64,000 nt of DNA from NCBI GenBank assembly GCA_051251855.1, contig JBPOGI010000001.1:96001-160000 (forward strand). Reading direction: 5' to 3'. Made by a program: the position numbers and the translations under genes. Below the pieces are notes generated by a model. That model had not been told where the DNA came from, did not search any database, and worked only from the letters and a program-made list of their open reading frames with translations. The DNA is from Roseibacillus sp. GTDB taxonomy: Bacteria; Verrucomicrobiota; Verrucomicrobiia; Verrucomicrobiales; Akkermansiaceae. Below, piece after piece: positions 16,702-26,753 of this stretch (positions are counted from its first letter, which is position 1; each line of letters opens with the position of its first letter).

Positions 16702-18108
16702 ATGAATTTTGCTTCCTATCAGTTTTGGTTTTTCTTTTTTGTTTTATTTGCCCTCTTGGTGGTAATAAAAAGATTATTTCCTTTTGCTCATTCTGGTGTT
16801 TTTGACCGTTCTTATCTTCTCGGGACGAGCTTACTATTGTTCGGAATCGAGAGTCCTAAGAGTTTATTCATCTTTTGCATAATCAGCTTGTGGATTTTCC
16901 TTGGTTTAAAGGTAGTCCAGCAAGGCCAGAGCCAGTCGAAGGAGTCGAGATGGGTAGTTTTAGTTTTTTCGATCGGAGCAGTGTTACCCCTGCTGTATTT
17001 TAAGTATGGAAATTTCTTGATTGATATCGCAGGTAATCAGTCATTAGCCTCCTCGATTTTGATTCCAGTAGGAATTTCATTTTACACTTTTCAGTTGATT
17101 GGGCTTCTCGTCGATTCGGCACGGAAGCCTCTGACGTCCAATCCAAGCGTTCTTTCTCTTCTTAACTTCGCTTCCTTCTTTCCTCAGATTGTAGCGGGAC
17201 CCATTGAGCGAAGAGATTCTCTGCTTCCCCAACTTGAATCTTTTAAGTTTCAATTTTCGCTCTCGAATCTAAATTCTGGTTTGTCTTATGTTATCATTGG
17301 ACTCTTCTACAAACTCGTTTTAGCAGACAACCTTGCTGAAGCCAGTAGCTGGATTACTAAACCGTTAAGTTCTGCTGTTTTAATTCATTTAGGCAATCTT
17401 CTTTTCGGTTTGCGAATTTATTTTGACTTCTGTGGCTACAGTCTCATCGCTGTTGGTTTAGGGATTCTCTTGGGAGTCAATTTAACTCTAAACTTTGAGG
17501 CTCCATATATTAGCCGAAGTATCCGAGAGTTTTGGCGCCGTTGGCATATTACTCTCAGTAATTGGTTTCGTGATTATATCTACATCCCACTAGGAGGAAA
17601 TAAGGCTCGTTCGCCAATCGCTTTAGTTTTATTTGTCTTTTTACTTTCAGGAATTTGGCACGGAGCAGGTTGGAATTTTGTCGCTTGGGGTGCGTTGCAC
17701 GGAATATTAATCGGAATTCAGACTTTTTATAATAAGCGTTTCAGATTGAGTCCGTTTATTTCGTGGGGAATTACTATGAGCAGCGTATGTTTGAGTTGGC
17801 TATTCTTTTACCAGCAAGATTCTGAGATTCTCCTAAAAAAGTTGCAAACCATAGTCTTGCCATCTGCCTATCTCAATAATCATCTGAAACCGCTTCTAAA
17901 TTATGTTGTGGGCTATGGCGGGTTGGCTCATCTAAGCGTTTTTCTCGCTCTTGCTTTGTTAGTTATCTTGGTGGAGTGGGGGAGCCTAAAGCGTTCTTTT
18001 AGTCCCTACGCTTGGTTTAGTCGAAACTGGGTTTTGGCGCTTTTGGTTTTAGCTATTATCTGGTTGGCTCCAGTTTCAAACAATGGGTTTGTTTACTTCA
18101 ATTTTTAA
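16702..18108 (+). CDS. MBOAT O-acyltransferase (AlgI/DltB-like)
   Basis: PVGISFYTFQ, FFPQIVAGPI, IYFDFCGYS, FWRRWHITLSNWFRDYIYIPLGG, SGIWHGAGWNF. Confidence 0.93.
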   Translation: MNFASYQFWFFFFVLFALLVVIKRLFPFAHSGVFDRSYLLGTSLLLFGIESPKSLFIFCIISLWIFLGLKVVQQGQSQSKESRWVVLVFSIGAVLPLLYFKYGNFLIDIAGNQSLASSILIPVGISFYTFQLIGLLVDSARKPLTSNPSVLSLLNFASFFPQIVAGPIERRDSLLPQLESFKFQFSLSNLNSGLSYVIIGLFYKLVLADNLAEASSWITKPLSSAVLIHLGNLLFGLRIYFDFCGYSLIAVGLGILLGVNLTLNFEAPYISRSIREFWRRWHITLSNWFRDYIYIPLGGNKARSPIALVLFVFLLSGIWHGAGWNFVAWGALHGILIGIQTFYNKRFRLSPFISWGITMSSVCLSWLFFYQQDSEILLKKLQTIVLPSAYLNNHLKPLLNYVVGYGGLAHLSVFLALALLVILVEWGSLKRSFSPYAWFSRNWVLALLVLAIIWLAPVSNNGFVYFNF

Positions 18109-19072
18109 TTCGAAGTGGCGAAGGTTTTTACTCCTCACGGTAGTTCTCGTGTTTGGACTAGGGACTTCTTTTTGCTACCAAACGAGGGTATCCCCAGAGG
18201 TTAAATTTTGGGCGAAAGCTGTGGATTCACAGTTCAAGCATTTGGAAGTTCTTAATTCTGAACATCCGAAAGTGGTTTTTGTAGGCGGCTCAAGTTGTGC
18301 CTTTTCGATTAACGTAGAGGCCTTAAGAGAAGAGTTTCAGATTCAGGCTCTCAACTGTGGTCTTCCTGCGGGGGCGGGGCGAGACCTTCAATTGGACTTG
18401 GGTATTTCGACTCTTAATAGAGGAGATATTTTAGTTTTAGCGTTTGAGACAAGTGCATGGGGGAATAACGACTTCTCTTTTGCCACTCCCTTAGGCTCAC
18501 AACTTTGGTTTTCTGCAGTAAAACCTCATGTTAGAGAGAGTTGCTTGTGGAGAATAGGTCGCGAACCTCAGTATCGTCATCGAGACCTCCGAGTTGGCGG
18601 GAAGCATGCCGTGACGATGGGGCTAAAAGCTGCGCTGGGGCGTCCTCTCTATCGATACTCTTCTGAAGGAATTAATCCTGGTGGTTATCTTTCTACTTCT
18701 TATCGCGATGGCGCCTTTGGCCCTAGCTCCGCTCTGAATCGAAATGATCTTTCGAGTCCGATGAAGGAGTTTTTGGTGAAAACTCAGCGCGAACTGGCAA
18801 AGCGTGATGTTGTGGTAGTCGTCACCTTTCCTTGGTTTTTCATGACACCAGAGGTTGCAACAGGGCAACGGGCAGAATGGCAAGCATTAGCCGAAGAAAT
18901 TTCCAAACTTGTGCCGGTTCTCTATGATCCCAACTTCGGTGTTTCGACTGACATTGAGGATTTTGCAGACACGGCTTGGCATTTGAGTGAGAAGGGTGCC
19001 TTGAAGCGAACTTCGGTAATCGGAAAGACTCTCAAAAGCGACTTCGAGGATAGACTCTCAGAAGAAAAGTAA
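18083..19072 (+). CDS. SGNH-like periplasmic acyl-transfer partner of the MBOAT (AlgJ/DltD-like)
   Basis: N-terminal anchor, VFVGGSS block, NCGLPAG block, C-terminal DTAWH; overlaps the MBOAT gene. Confidence 0.65.
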   Translation: MGLFTSIFNSKWRRFLLLTVVLVFGLGTSFCYQTRVSPEVKFWAKAVDSQFKHLEVLNSEHPKVVFVGGSSCAFSINVEALREEFQIQALNCGLPAGAGRDLQLDLGISTLNRGDILVLAFETSAWGNNDFSFATPLGSQLWFSAVKPHVRESCLWRIGREPQYRHRDLRVGGKHAVTMGLKAALGRPLYRYSSEGINPGGYLSTSYRDGAFGPSSALNRNDLSSPMKEFLVKTQRELAKRDVVVVVTFPWFFMTPEVATGQRAEWQALAEEISKLVPVLYDPNFGVSTDIEDFADTAWHLSEKGALKRTSVIGKTLKSDFEDRLSEEK

Positions 19073-19080
19073 TATTTAGC

Positions 19081-19851
19081 ATGAAAGCGGTAATTTTAGC
19101 AGGAGGATTAGGGACACGACTAAGCGAAGAGACAGCGCTTAAGCCCAAGCCCATGGTGGAAATCGGTGGTCGCCCTATTTTGTGGCATCTACTCAAGATT
19201 TACAGTAGTCATGGAATCAATGATTTTGTGATTTGTGCTGGTTATAAAGGCTACGTAATTAAAGAATACTTCGCCAATTACTTCCTCCATATGTCGGACG
19301 TGACCTTCGACATGTGTGACAATGAAATGATTGTTCACCGGAAGCATGCCGAGCCTTGGAAGATCACCATTATTGATACCGGTGCGGATACCATGACTGG
19401 TGGGCGAATTAAGCGAGTGAGAGACTACATCGGAGACGAAACCTTTTGCTGCACCTATGGTGATGGGGTGGGTGATATTGACATTAAGTCCCTGATTGAG
19501 ACTCATCAGGAGGCAGGCCGGGAGGCGACTTTGACAGGTGTTCAGCCTCCAGGGCGGTTTGGTTCACTCCTGATTGATGGGGATTCCGTGAGAGCTTTTC
19601 AAGAGAAGCCTGAAGGCGATGGTGGCTGGATTAATGGAGGATTCTTTGTTTTGGAGCCCAGTGTGTTCGATAGAATCGAGGGTGATTCTACAATTTGGGA
19701 GCGGGCCCCACTCGAGGGTCTTGCTTCTGATGGAGAACTCACGATTTTTTCTCATGGAGGCTTTTGGCAGCCGATGGATACTTTGAGGGACAAAGTTCAG
19801 TTAGAGGAAATGTGGGATTCCGGTCAGGCGCCATGGAAGACTTGGGACTGA
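19081..19851 (+). CDS. rfbF: Glucose-1-phosphate cytidylyltransferase
   Basis: ILAGGLGTRLSEET..KPKPMVEIG, TMTGGR, TYGDG, FWQPMDTLRDK. Confidence 0.95.
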   Translation: MKAVILAGGLGTRLSEETALKPKPMVEIGGRPILWHLLKIYSSHGINDFVICAGYKGYVIKEYFANYFLHMSDVTFDMCDNEMIVHRKHAEPWKITIIDTGADTMTGGRIKRVRDYIGDETFCCTYGDGVGDIDIKSLIETHQEAGREATLTGVQPPGRFGSLLIDGDSVRAFQEKPEGDGGWINGGFFVLEPSVFDRIEGDSTIWERAPLEGLASDGELTIFSHGGFWQPMDTLRDKVQLEEMWDSGQAPWKTWD

Positions 19852-19902
19852 CTCGTCTAAGAAAGAAATCCTAGCTCTTAAGTTCGAAAGGAATCGTCTA
19901 TC

Positions 19903-21018
19903 GTGTTTGCAAATTCTTTTAACGATAAAAAAGTTCTCGTGACCGGTCATACTGGTTTCAAGGGGAGCTGGCTGTGTGAATGGCTTCTTCAACTTGGAGC
20001 GGAAGTGACCGGGTATGCCTTGGATCCTCTCAATTCGGGGGACCTGTATAACGAGCTTGAGCTTTCAAGCCGTATCGCAACTGATGTGCGCGCAGATTTA
20101 TCCGATCGCGATGGCCTTGTGTCCTTGATTTCAGAGTTGAAGCCAGACTTCGTCTTTCATTTAGCAGCTCAACCACTCGTTCGCCTCTCTTATTCGACAC
20201 CAGTAGAGACTTTTCAGACAAATGTATTGGGCAGCATCCATTTGCTTGATGCGCTGAGAATTTCAAAACATGAGTGCGCTTGCGTGATGGTGACGACTGA
20301 CAAGTGCTATCAAAACCGGGAATGGTTGAGTAGCTACCGAGAAGAAGATGCCATGGGTGGGCACGATCCATACAGTGCGAGTAAAGGTGCCGCTGAAATC
20401 GCGATATCCTCGTATCGGTCCTCATTTTTCTCAGAGGATTCGAGTCCTGTGAAGGTGGCCTCCGGTCGCGCTGGTAATGTGCTGGGAGGAGGAGATTGGG
20501 CCGAAGATCGGATTGTCCCTGACTGCATTCGCTCGATTCAGCAAGGAGAAGCGATTACGGTGAGAAATAAGACTGCCACGAGACCTTGGCAACATGTTCT
20601 GGAGCCGCTATCGGGCTATCTGTGGTTAGGCGCTGTTTTGGCAAATCCAACTTTGGCAGGTTACTCGGATAGCCGTTCGTTTACAGGTGGCTTCAATTTT
20701 GGACCTGCTCTTTCTTCGAATCGTACCGTCGCCGAGTTGGTCGAAGAGATATTGAAGCATATCGATGGCAAGTGGATTGATGCGGCAGATTCCAATGCGC
20801 TCCATGAGGCTTCGAAGCTCAATCTAGCAATTGATAAAGCGTTTCATCTCCTCCAGTGGTCACCAGTTTGGGATTTCAAGGAGACGATGAAGACGACGGC
20901 AGCTTGGTATCATGAGGTGAAGTCTTCGCAGGACGCACAACAACACACCAGAGCCGACATCGAGCGATACACGAACAAAGCCTCTCAAGACGGAATTTTA
21001 TGGGCCCAGAATTCCTAG
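19903..21018 (+). CDS. rfbG: CDP-glucose 4,6-dehydratase
   Basis: VTGHTGFKGSWL, HLAAQPLVR, TTDKCY, DPYSASK, RAGNVLGGGDW, RPWQHVLEPL. Confidence 0.95.
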   Translation: MFANSFNDKKVLVTGHTGFKGSWLCEWLLQLGAEVTGYALDPLNSGDLYNELELSSRIATDVRADLSDRDGLVSLISELKPDFVFHLAAQPLVRLSYSTPVETFQTNVLGSIHLLDALRISKHECACVMVTTDKCYQNREWLSSYREEDAMGGHDPYSASKGAAEIAISSYRSSFFSEDSSPVKVASGRAGNVLGGGDWAEDRIVPDCIRSIQQGEAITVRNKTATRPWQHVLEPLSGYLWLGAVLANPTLAGYSDSRSFTGGFNFGPALSSNRTVAELVEEILKHIDGKWIDAADSNALHEASKLNLAIDKAFHLLQWSPVWDFKETMKTTAAWYHEVKSSQDAQQHTRADIERYTNKASQDGILWAQNS

Positions 21019-21045
21019 CGAACTGAACACTGAAAGATTTACCCA

Positions 21046-22584
21046 ATGATAGCAGAAGAAATTAAAGCCGAGATCCTGCGGCTCACTCGTGAATATAGTC
21101 GATTAACCCACAGTAATAATCGACCAGGAGACGATGGAGATCATGCCCCTTTTACTCCGGGGGAATCGACTGTTCCTTATGCCGGTCGAGTCTTTACCGA
21201 AGATGAGGTCGAGGCCGCGGTAGGGACTACTTTGGACTTTTGGCTCACTTTAGGAGTGGAGGGGGAGGCCATGCAAAAGGAGTTGGCCGAATTTCTTGGT
21301 GTGAAGCACGCCCTGTTAGTGAACTCTGGTTCTTCAGCCAACCTTGTCGCCATCAGTGCCCTGACGACTCACAAGCTTCCTGATGAACGTCGGATTCAGC
21401 ATGGAGACGAGGTCATTACTGTGGCAGCAGGCTTTCCGACTACGGTTTCTCCCATTATTCAGGTGGGAGCTGTTCCTGTCTTTATCGACGCGAATACTTT
21501 TACCGGTAATGCTCGCTGTGAGCAGCTCGAAGCCGCTTACGTGCCAGGGAAGACAAAGGCCGTGATGATGGCGCACGCTCTTGGCAATCCCTTTGATTTG
21601 GGGGCGGTTGTCGAATTTTGTTCTAAGAACAATCTCTGGTTAATTGAGGACAACTGCGACGCCTTAGGTTGCACCTATTCCTTGCCAGTTGAGAGAGCAA
21701 CCCGGCTGGGGCTTCTTCATCTGATTAAGTTGGCTGAAAAAGAAGATCGGACGGAGGAATATCCTAAGATCGAGAATGGAATATTGACGGCCTATACGGG
21801 AACATTCGGGGATATTTCGACCCAGTCATTCTATCCTCCTCATCACCTCACGATGGGGGAAGGGGGATCGGTGAATATCATTCGACGAGCACCTCTCAAA
21901 ACTTATGCTGAGAGTTTCCGCGATTGGGGCCGAGATTGTTGGTGTGCTTCAGGACAGGATGATACTTGCGGCAAGCGCTTCCAGTGGCAATTGGGAGAGT
22001 TACCCGAAGGCTACGATCACAAATACATCTATAGCCATCTTGGCTTCAACGTGAAGCCGCTGGACCCACAGGCTGCGATTGGAAGGGTTCAAATGAAGCG
22101 TCTTCCGGCCTTCATCCAAGCTCGTAAGGACAACTGGCAGGCCTTGCGTCTTGGACTCGAGAGCCTCGAGAAATATATCGATTTTGCGCTCCCGACCCAT
22201 GCCACAAAATGGAATCGTGACGGTTCCTTCGAATGGGATGATACGGGCTGTCGCACTGATTGTTCGTGGTTTGGTTTTAAGATCACAATCAAGGAAGATG
22301 CTCCCTTTACCCGAACGGAGCTTGCGGCTCATCTCGATACCAAGAAGATCGGTAATCGTATGCTCTTTGGTGGCAATCTCGTCCGTCAGCCCGCCTTTGT
22401 GCAGCTTCGCCATGATAGACCAGAAGCCATGCGGATTGTAGGGGCTCTCCCTGGCGCGGACCGAATCATGAATCAAACAATGTTCCTCGGAACCTACCCT
22501 GGACTTACTCCAGAAATGGTGGCCTACATGGTTCAAGTGATTCTTGAGTTTGCTGCCGCAGCTGAGGACAACCAAAAAGCTTAA
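21046..22584 (+). CDS. rfbH: CDP-4-keto-6-deoxyglucose 3-dehydrase (E1, RfbH/DdhC)
   Basis: VNSGSSANL, GFPTT, EDNCDALG, SFYPPHHLTMGEGG (His at the PLP-Lys position), RDCWC..GQDDTCG Fe-S motif, YDHKY. Confidence 0.92.
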   Translation: MIAEEIKAEILRLTREYSRLTHSNNRPGDDGDHAPFTPGESTVPYAGRVFTEDEVEAAVGTTLDFWLTLGVEGEAMQKELAEFLGVKHALLVNSGSSANLVAISALTTHKLPDERRIQHGDEVITVAAGFPTTVSPIIQVGAVPVFIDANTFTGNARCEQLEAAYVPGKTKAVMMAHALGNPFDLGAVVEFCSKNNLWLIEDNCDALGCTYSLPVERATRLGLLHLIKLAEKEDRTEEYPKIENGILTAYTGTFGDISTQSFYPPHHLTMGEGGSVNIIRRAPLKTYAESFRDWGRDCWCASGQDDTCGKRFQWQLGELPEGYDHKYIYSHLGFNVKPLDPQAAIGRVQMKRLPAFIQARKDNWQALRLGLESLEKYIDFALPTHATKWNRDGSFEWDDTGCRTDCSWFGFKITIKEDAPFTRTELAAHLDTKKIGNRMLFGGNLVRQPAFVQLRHDRPEAMRIVGALPGADRIMNQTMFLGTYPGLTPEMVAYMVQVILEFAAAAEDNQKA

Positions 22585-22593
22585 CTTTCAAAG

Positions 22594-23145
22594 ATGCAGC
22601 TCATTGACGAACCCCTTGCGGGAGTGAAAATTCTACGCCCTTTCGTCTTCGAAGATGAGCGGGGGAATTTCGTGAAGCCGTTCCATGAGGGACAGCTTGC
22701 GGAGCATGGGATTCAACTTGAAGTAAAAGAGGAGTTCTTTTCAACCTCCGAAGCCAATGTTCTTCGTGGGATGCACTTTCAGCTTCCTCCCCACCAACAC
22801 AGTAAGTTGGTCTACTGTCTGACAGGCAAAGTTTGGGATGTTGTCGTGGACCTGCGAAAGGGATCTGCGACATATGGCAAAGCGATGGGCTTTGAGCTTT
22901 CTGCCGCGAATCGGCACTGCGTCTATATTCCGGCTGGCTTCGGACATGGTTTCTTGAGTCAGGAGCCTGGCTCTTGCCTCATTTATAAGACCGATGCCGT
23001 TCATGATCCCGCTGCCGATGCAGGTTTGGCTTGGGAGAGTATTGATTACGAGTGGCCGCTGTTCGACCTTCCACCAGTAGTAAGTGCTCGGGATTCTGCT
23101 CATCCTTCCATTTCGGATTTTGACTCTCCTTTTTCTATCAAGTGA
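22594..23145 (+). CDS. RmlC-family NDP-4-keto-sugar epimerase (AscE-like candidate)
   Basis: DERGNF, VLRGMHFQ, KLVYC..G.VWDVVVDLRKGS.TYG, GFGHGF. Confidence 0.88.
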   Translation: MQLIDEPLAGVKILRPFVFEDERGNFVKPFHEGQLAEHGIQLEVKEEFFSTSEANVLRGMHFQLPPHQHSKLVYCLTGKVWDVVVDLRKGSATYGKAMGFELSAANRHCVYIPAGFGHGFLSQEPGSCLIYKTDAVHDPAADAGLAWESIDYEWPLFDLPPVVSARDSAHPSISDFDSPFSIK

Positions 23146-23975
23146 AAATTTTCGTCACAGGAGCCACTGGATTTATCGGCTCACATTTTTTGAACCAAGC
23201 ACATAAGGCGGGGCACGAGCTCGTTGCGTTGAGGCGGAGTGAGAATTCTGTCCCTAAGGTGGCGGTGCCTGAAGAGGTGGTTTGGTTGACCAAGGAGATG
23301 GACAAGCTCACAGCAAGTGATTTCGAATCGATTGATGTTCTTGTGCATTTGGCTTCTCCCGGAGTGAGTCCTCAAAGAGCGAGCTTGGATGAGTTGTTCT
23401 ATTGGAATGTTAGTATCCTGGGGAGTATCCTACTAGCCGCGACCGAGGCCAATGTTCGACGGTTCGTTGTTGCCGGCACATTTGCGGAGTATGGACGAAG
23501 TGCGGATCGCTTTGATCCCATTCCACCGGACGCGCCCTTGTTGCCTACCTACGATTACGCAGCCTCCAAGGCCGCCGCTTTTCAGCTCGCTCACGCTTTA
23601 GCCATATCTCGCGATTTTGAATTGGTCTACTTGAGAATCTTCTCAGCATTTGGCGAAGGCCAGCATCCTCAGAATTTTTGGCCAGCCTTGATGGCTGCGG
23701 CACAGAGCGGTGAGGATTTTGAGATGACTCCGGGGGAGCAGATTCGGGACTATTTACCGGTAGAGGAGGTTGCTCAGCAGTTTCTTTCATGGAGCACTAC
23801 TGAACCCGTTCTCAAAGGTTTCCCGGCGGTTAAAAATGTGGGGAGTGGTAAGCCGGTTTCGATGAGGGAGTTTGCCGAACACTGGTGGGAGAAGGCCGAG
23901 GCAAAAGGTTCCCTCAAGGTTGGCGCTCTCCCATACCGCGAAAATGAGGTGATGCGATTTGTCCCTCAGATTTAA
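23142..23975 (+). CDS. NAD(P)-dependent sugar 4-reductase/epimerase
   Basis: VTGATGFIG, GTFAEYG, YAASK, GEQIRDY; GTGA coupling to the upstream gene. Confidence 0.8.
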   Translation: MKIFVTGATGFIGSHFLNQAHKAGHELVALRRSENSVPKVAVPEEVVWLTKEMDKLTASDFESIDVLVHLASPGVSPQRASLDELFYWNVSILGSILLAATEANVRRFVVAGTFAEYGRSADRFDPIPPDAPLLPTYDYAASKAAAFQLAHALAISRDFELVYLRIFSAFGEGQHPQNFWPALMAAAQSGEDFEMTPGEQIRDYLPVEEVAQQFLSWSTTEPVLKGFPAVKNVGSGKPVSMREFAEHWWEKAEAKGSLKVGALPYRENEVMRFVPQI

Positions 23976-23978
23976 GAA

Positions 23979-24947
23979 ATGAAACATATTTTAGTTACAG
24001 GCGGAGCTGGGTTTATCGGAAGTCATACTTGCGAAGCTCTGCTGGCTCGTGGAGATCGGGTCACCATCATCGATAATTTCGATCCCTTCTATGATCGAAC
24101 GATCAAGGAGCGAAACTTGTCTCAGGCCCGAACGTCTCCCCATTTTTCAATGATTGAGGGCGATATCAACGACACGAGTATCTATGAACAGCTCAAGGGG
24201 AAAGGAATCGACGTTATTGTCCACCTTGCCGCCAAGGCGGGAGTTCGCCCCTCAATAGAGGACCCATTGGGATACGAGAGGACCAATGTGCAGGCGACGA
24301 TTAAGTTACTGCAGTTTGCTGTAAGTGAGGATATTAAGCACTTTGTATTCGCTTCTTCATCGAGTGTCTACGGAGAGAATCCTAACCATCCATGGAAAGA
24401 GAATGAGCCAGATCTGAAGCCGATTAGTCCCTATGCCGCCACCAAGTTGGCTGGGGAAGGGATGGGGCACGTCTTTAGTCACCTTTACGGAATTCGGTTC
24501 ACTGCCTTGCGGTTTTTTACTGTTTTCGGGCCTCGGCAGCGTCCAGATTTGGCGATCAATAAATTCACGAGGCTCATCTCAGCTGGTGAGAAAATTCCGT
24601 TTTTTGGGGATGGTTCTTCCTCACGCGATTATACTTATATTGACGATATCGTCTCGGGTGTTCTCAAGGCCGTTGACTACCGAGCCAAGAAGTTTGAGGT
24701 TTTCAATCTAGGAAATGATCAGACCGTCAGTCTTCAAGAGATGGTAGACGTGATTGCCGAGACTCTAGAGCTTCCTGCTAAAATTGACTCTCTTCCAAAG
24801 CAACCAGGTGATGTTCCCATTACAGCGGCCTCGATTGAGCATTCTAAAAGTGAGCTTGGTTATCAGCCTGCGGTTTCTTTTAAAGAAGGTATTGAGCGCT
24901 TTGTGGATTGGTCTAAGACGCGTATCGAGGTAGATGAAAAATCATGA
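23979..24947 (+). CDS. UDP-glucuronate 4-epimerase-like SDR
   Basis: VTGGAGFIG, HLAAKAGVRPS, SSSSVYG, PISPYAATK, RFFTVFGPRQRPDLA, QPGDV. Confidence 0.85.
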   Translation: MKHILVTGGAGFIGSHTCEALLARGDRVTIIDNFDPFYDRTIKERNLSQARTSPHFSMIEGDINDTSIYEQLKGKGIDVIVHLAAKAGVRPSIEDPLGYERTNVQATIKLLQFAVSEDIKHFVFASSSSVYGENPNHPWKENEPDLKPISPYAATKLAGEGMGHVFSHLYGIRFTALRFFTVFGPRQRPDLAINKFTRLISAGEKIPFFGDGSSSRDYTYIDDIVSGVLKAVDYRAKKFEVFNLGNDQTVSLQEMVDVIAETLELPAKIDSLPKQPGDVPITAASIEHSKSELGYQPAVSFKEGIERFVDWSKTRIEVDEKS

Positions 24948-25426
24948 AATTATACCTAAGTAATCTTGTCTCAAAATTACTTGTGTTTGCGAGAAAGTGC
25001 GAGGTATTCGTTCTGAAGTCTAAAATGGACACAGGCTGTGGAGTGATAGTTAGGCCAGGTTTTAAAGTGACCCACCCTAGTAATGTTCAGGTTGGTGACG
25101 ATGTTTATATCAATTCCGACGTTAATATAATGTCTCATGGTTCGGTGAGAATTGGCGCGCGTAGTATAATTGCTCCACGGGTTCAAATTATCTCAGTAAA
25201 TCATGATTTGAATTTCAAAGGATTGGAACTCAGAGACTCTACGGTTTTAGAAGAAGTTGATGTGGGCGAAGATGTTTGGTTGGGTGCTGGGGCTATATTA
25301 CTGCCAGGAGTGAGTATCGGCAATAATTCTGTTGTTGGAGCAGGTTCTGTTGTAACTAAGACGCTTCCAGAAAATGTGATCGCAGTAGGCAATCCTTGCC
25401 GAGTGATTAGAGCAAGATCATCGTGA
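24944..25426 (+). CDS. Left-handed beta-helix O-acetyltransferase
   Basis: Hexapeptide repeats; NH, VGEDVWLGAGAILLPGVSIG..VVGAGSVVTK, GNPCRVIR. Confidence 0.9.
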   Translation: MKLYLSNLVSKLLVFARKCEVFVLKSKMDTGCGVIVRPGFKVTHPSNVQVGDDVYINSDVNIMSHGSVRIGARSIIAPRVQIISVNHDLNFKGLELRDSTVLEEVDVGEDVWLGAGAILLPGVSIGNNSVVGAGSVVTKTLPENVIAVGNPCRVIRARSS

Positions 25427-26748
25427 ACGTTGGGGGAAATGTAATCTGGGCTCTCTCAGAAACAGTTGTCAGAATATTCGTGACGTTTTTTGTCAATGTA
25501 CTCATTGCTAGGCATCTAGGGCCTGAGAATTATGGAGTGCTGACTGCTGCTTTTATAACCGTCACATGGGCTATGACTTTTGCTGCCCTAGGTTTAGATA
25601 CTGTTGTAATCCGCGAGATATCAGCCAAAGATTTTAAGGTTCCAGAAATTTTAGGAGTGGCGGCACTCTTTCGGTTATTCTCAGCCACGCTTTCTATAAT
25701 TGTAATTGGAGTGCTTATTTTCCGTAGCGGGATGGAAAATTTCTTTTCCGAGCCCTATTCGATGTGGGCGGCGGTAGCAATAATGTCCCCGCTTATTTTT
25801 TTTCAACCATTGTCATATACGATGGCGAACACCTTCAGTGCATTCTTACGTGCGGATATCTTGACGAGAGCCAAGTTAAGTGGACTAGCTTTCGCTACTG
25901 GGGGTAGAATTGTGGGGCTAGTTTTAGGACTGCCGTTTGTTTATTTTGCCTTCTGTCACTTGGTCGAGCATTTGGTTGCTACTGTGGCTGGGATTTGGGG
26001 CTATAGAAAAAACGTGGCAAAACAGGTGGGGGCTTGGAAAATTAGCAAAGGTGTCGCGGAAAGATTGTATCAGGATGGTCGTTGGCTTTTCGCCTCGGCA
26101 TGCGTGGTGTGTATTATTCAAGGTTCGGGCGTGCTACTACTTAAGGGACTTTCGAATGAATTCGAAACAGGAATTTATTCTGCAGCCTTGAGGCTTGCCA
26201 TGGTTTTCCAGTTTGTTCCAGCTGTACTTTGTAAAACCTTCCTTCCGTTGATAAGCGGCCAAGGGAAGGGTGTTGCGGACGAAAATGTGGCGACCTTGGA
26301 GAGGGAGTTGTTTAGATTGTTATGGTTGTTTGGGTATTCGGTCGCGTTATTTTTCCTGTTTTTTGGCGACTTATTGGTTCCATTTATTTTAGGGGCTGAG
26401 TATCAAGAAGCCTCTGACTCGTTGAAGATACTTTCAGTGGTACTGATTCCCTTGAGTGTAGGAGCAGCTCGCAGTATTTACTTCGCTAAGGACCGTTCCT
26501 ATAAAAAGCTACTAATTACGGATGTTACTGGCGCATTTTTTACGGTAGCTCTCGGCTTACTTTTGGTTCCTCGATATGGAGCAACTGGAGCTGCAGTTTC
26601 AGCATTAGTCGCCGCTGTGATTGGTTATCTCATTGTTCCCTATGTCATTCTGGAGAGAGGGAAAGAAAGTTCCCGCACCGTTTTAAAAGGTGCTCTTTTT
26701 CCTTTTCCAAATTTCAAGATCCTTTTTAAGGCGAAACTTTCCTCTTAG
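25423..26748 (+). CDS. wzx: Wzx-type oligosaccharide flippase
   Basis: About 12 TM; IARHLGPENYG, LGLDTVVIRE, GIYSAALRL, LVPRYGATGAAVS. Confidence 0.88.
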   Translation: MNVGGNVIWALSETVVRIFVTFFVNVLIARHLGPENYGVLTAAFITVTWAMTFAALGLDTVVIREISAKDFKVPEILGVAALFRLFSATLSIIVIGVLIFRSGMENFFSEPYSMWAAVAIMSPLIFFQPLSYTMANTFSAFLRADILTRAKLSGLAFATGGRIVGLVLGLPFVYFAFCHLVEHLVATVAGIWGYRKNVAKQVGAWKISKGVAERLYQDGRWLFASACVVCIIQGSGVLLLKGLSNEFETGIYSAALRLAMVFQFVPAVLCKTFLPLISGQGKGVADENVATLERELFRLLWLFGYSVALFFLFFGDLLVPFILGAEYQEASDSLKILSVVLIPLSVGAARSIYFAKDRSYKKLLITDVTGAFFTVALGLLLVPRYGATGAAVSALVAAVIGYLIVPYVILERGKESSRTVLKGALFPFPNFKILFKAKLSS

Positions 26749-26753
26749 TAGCG

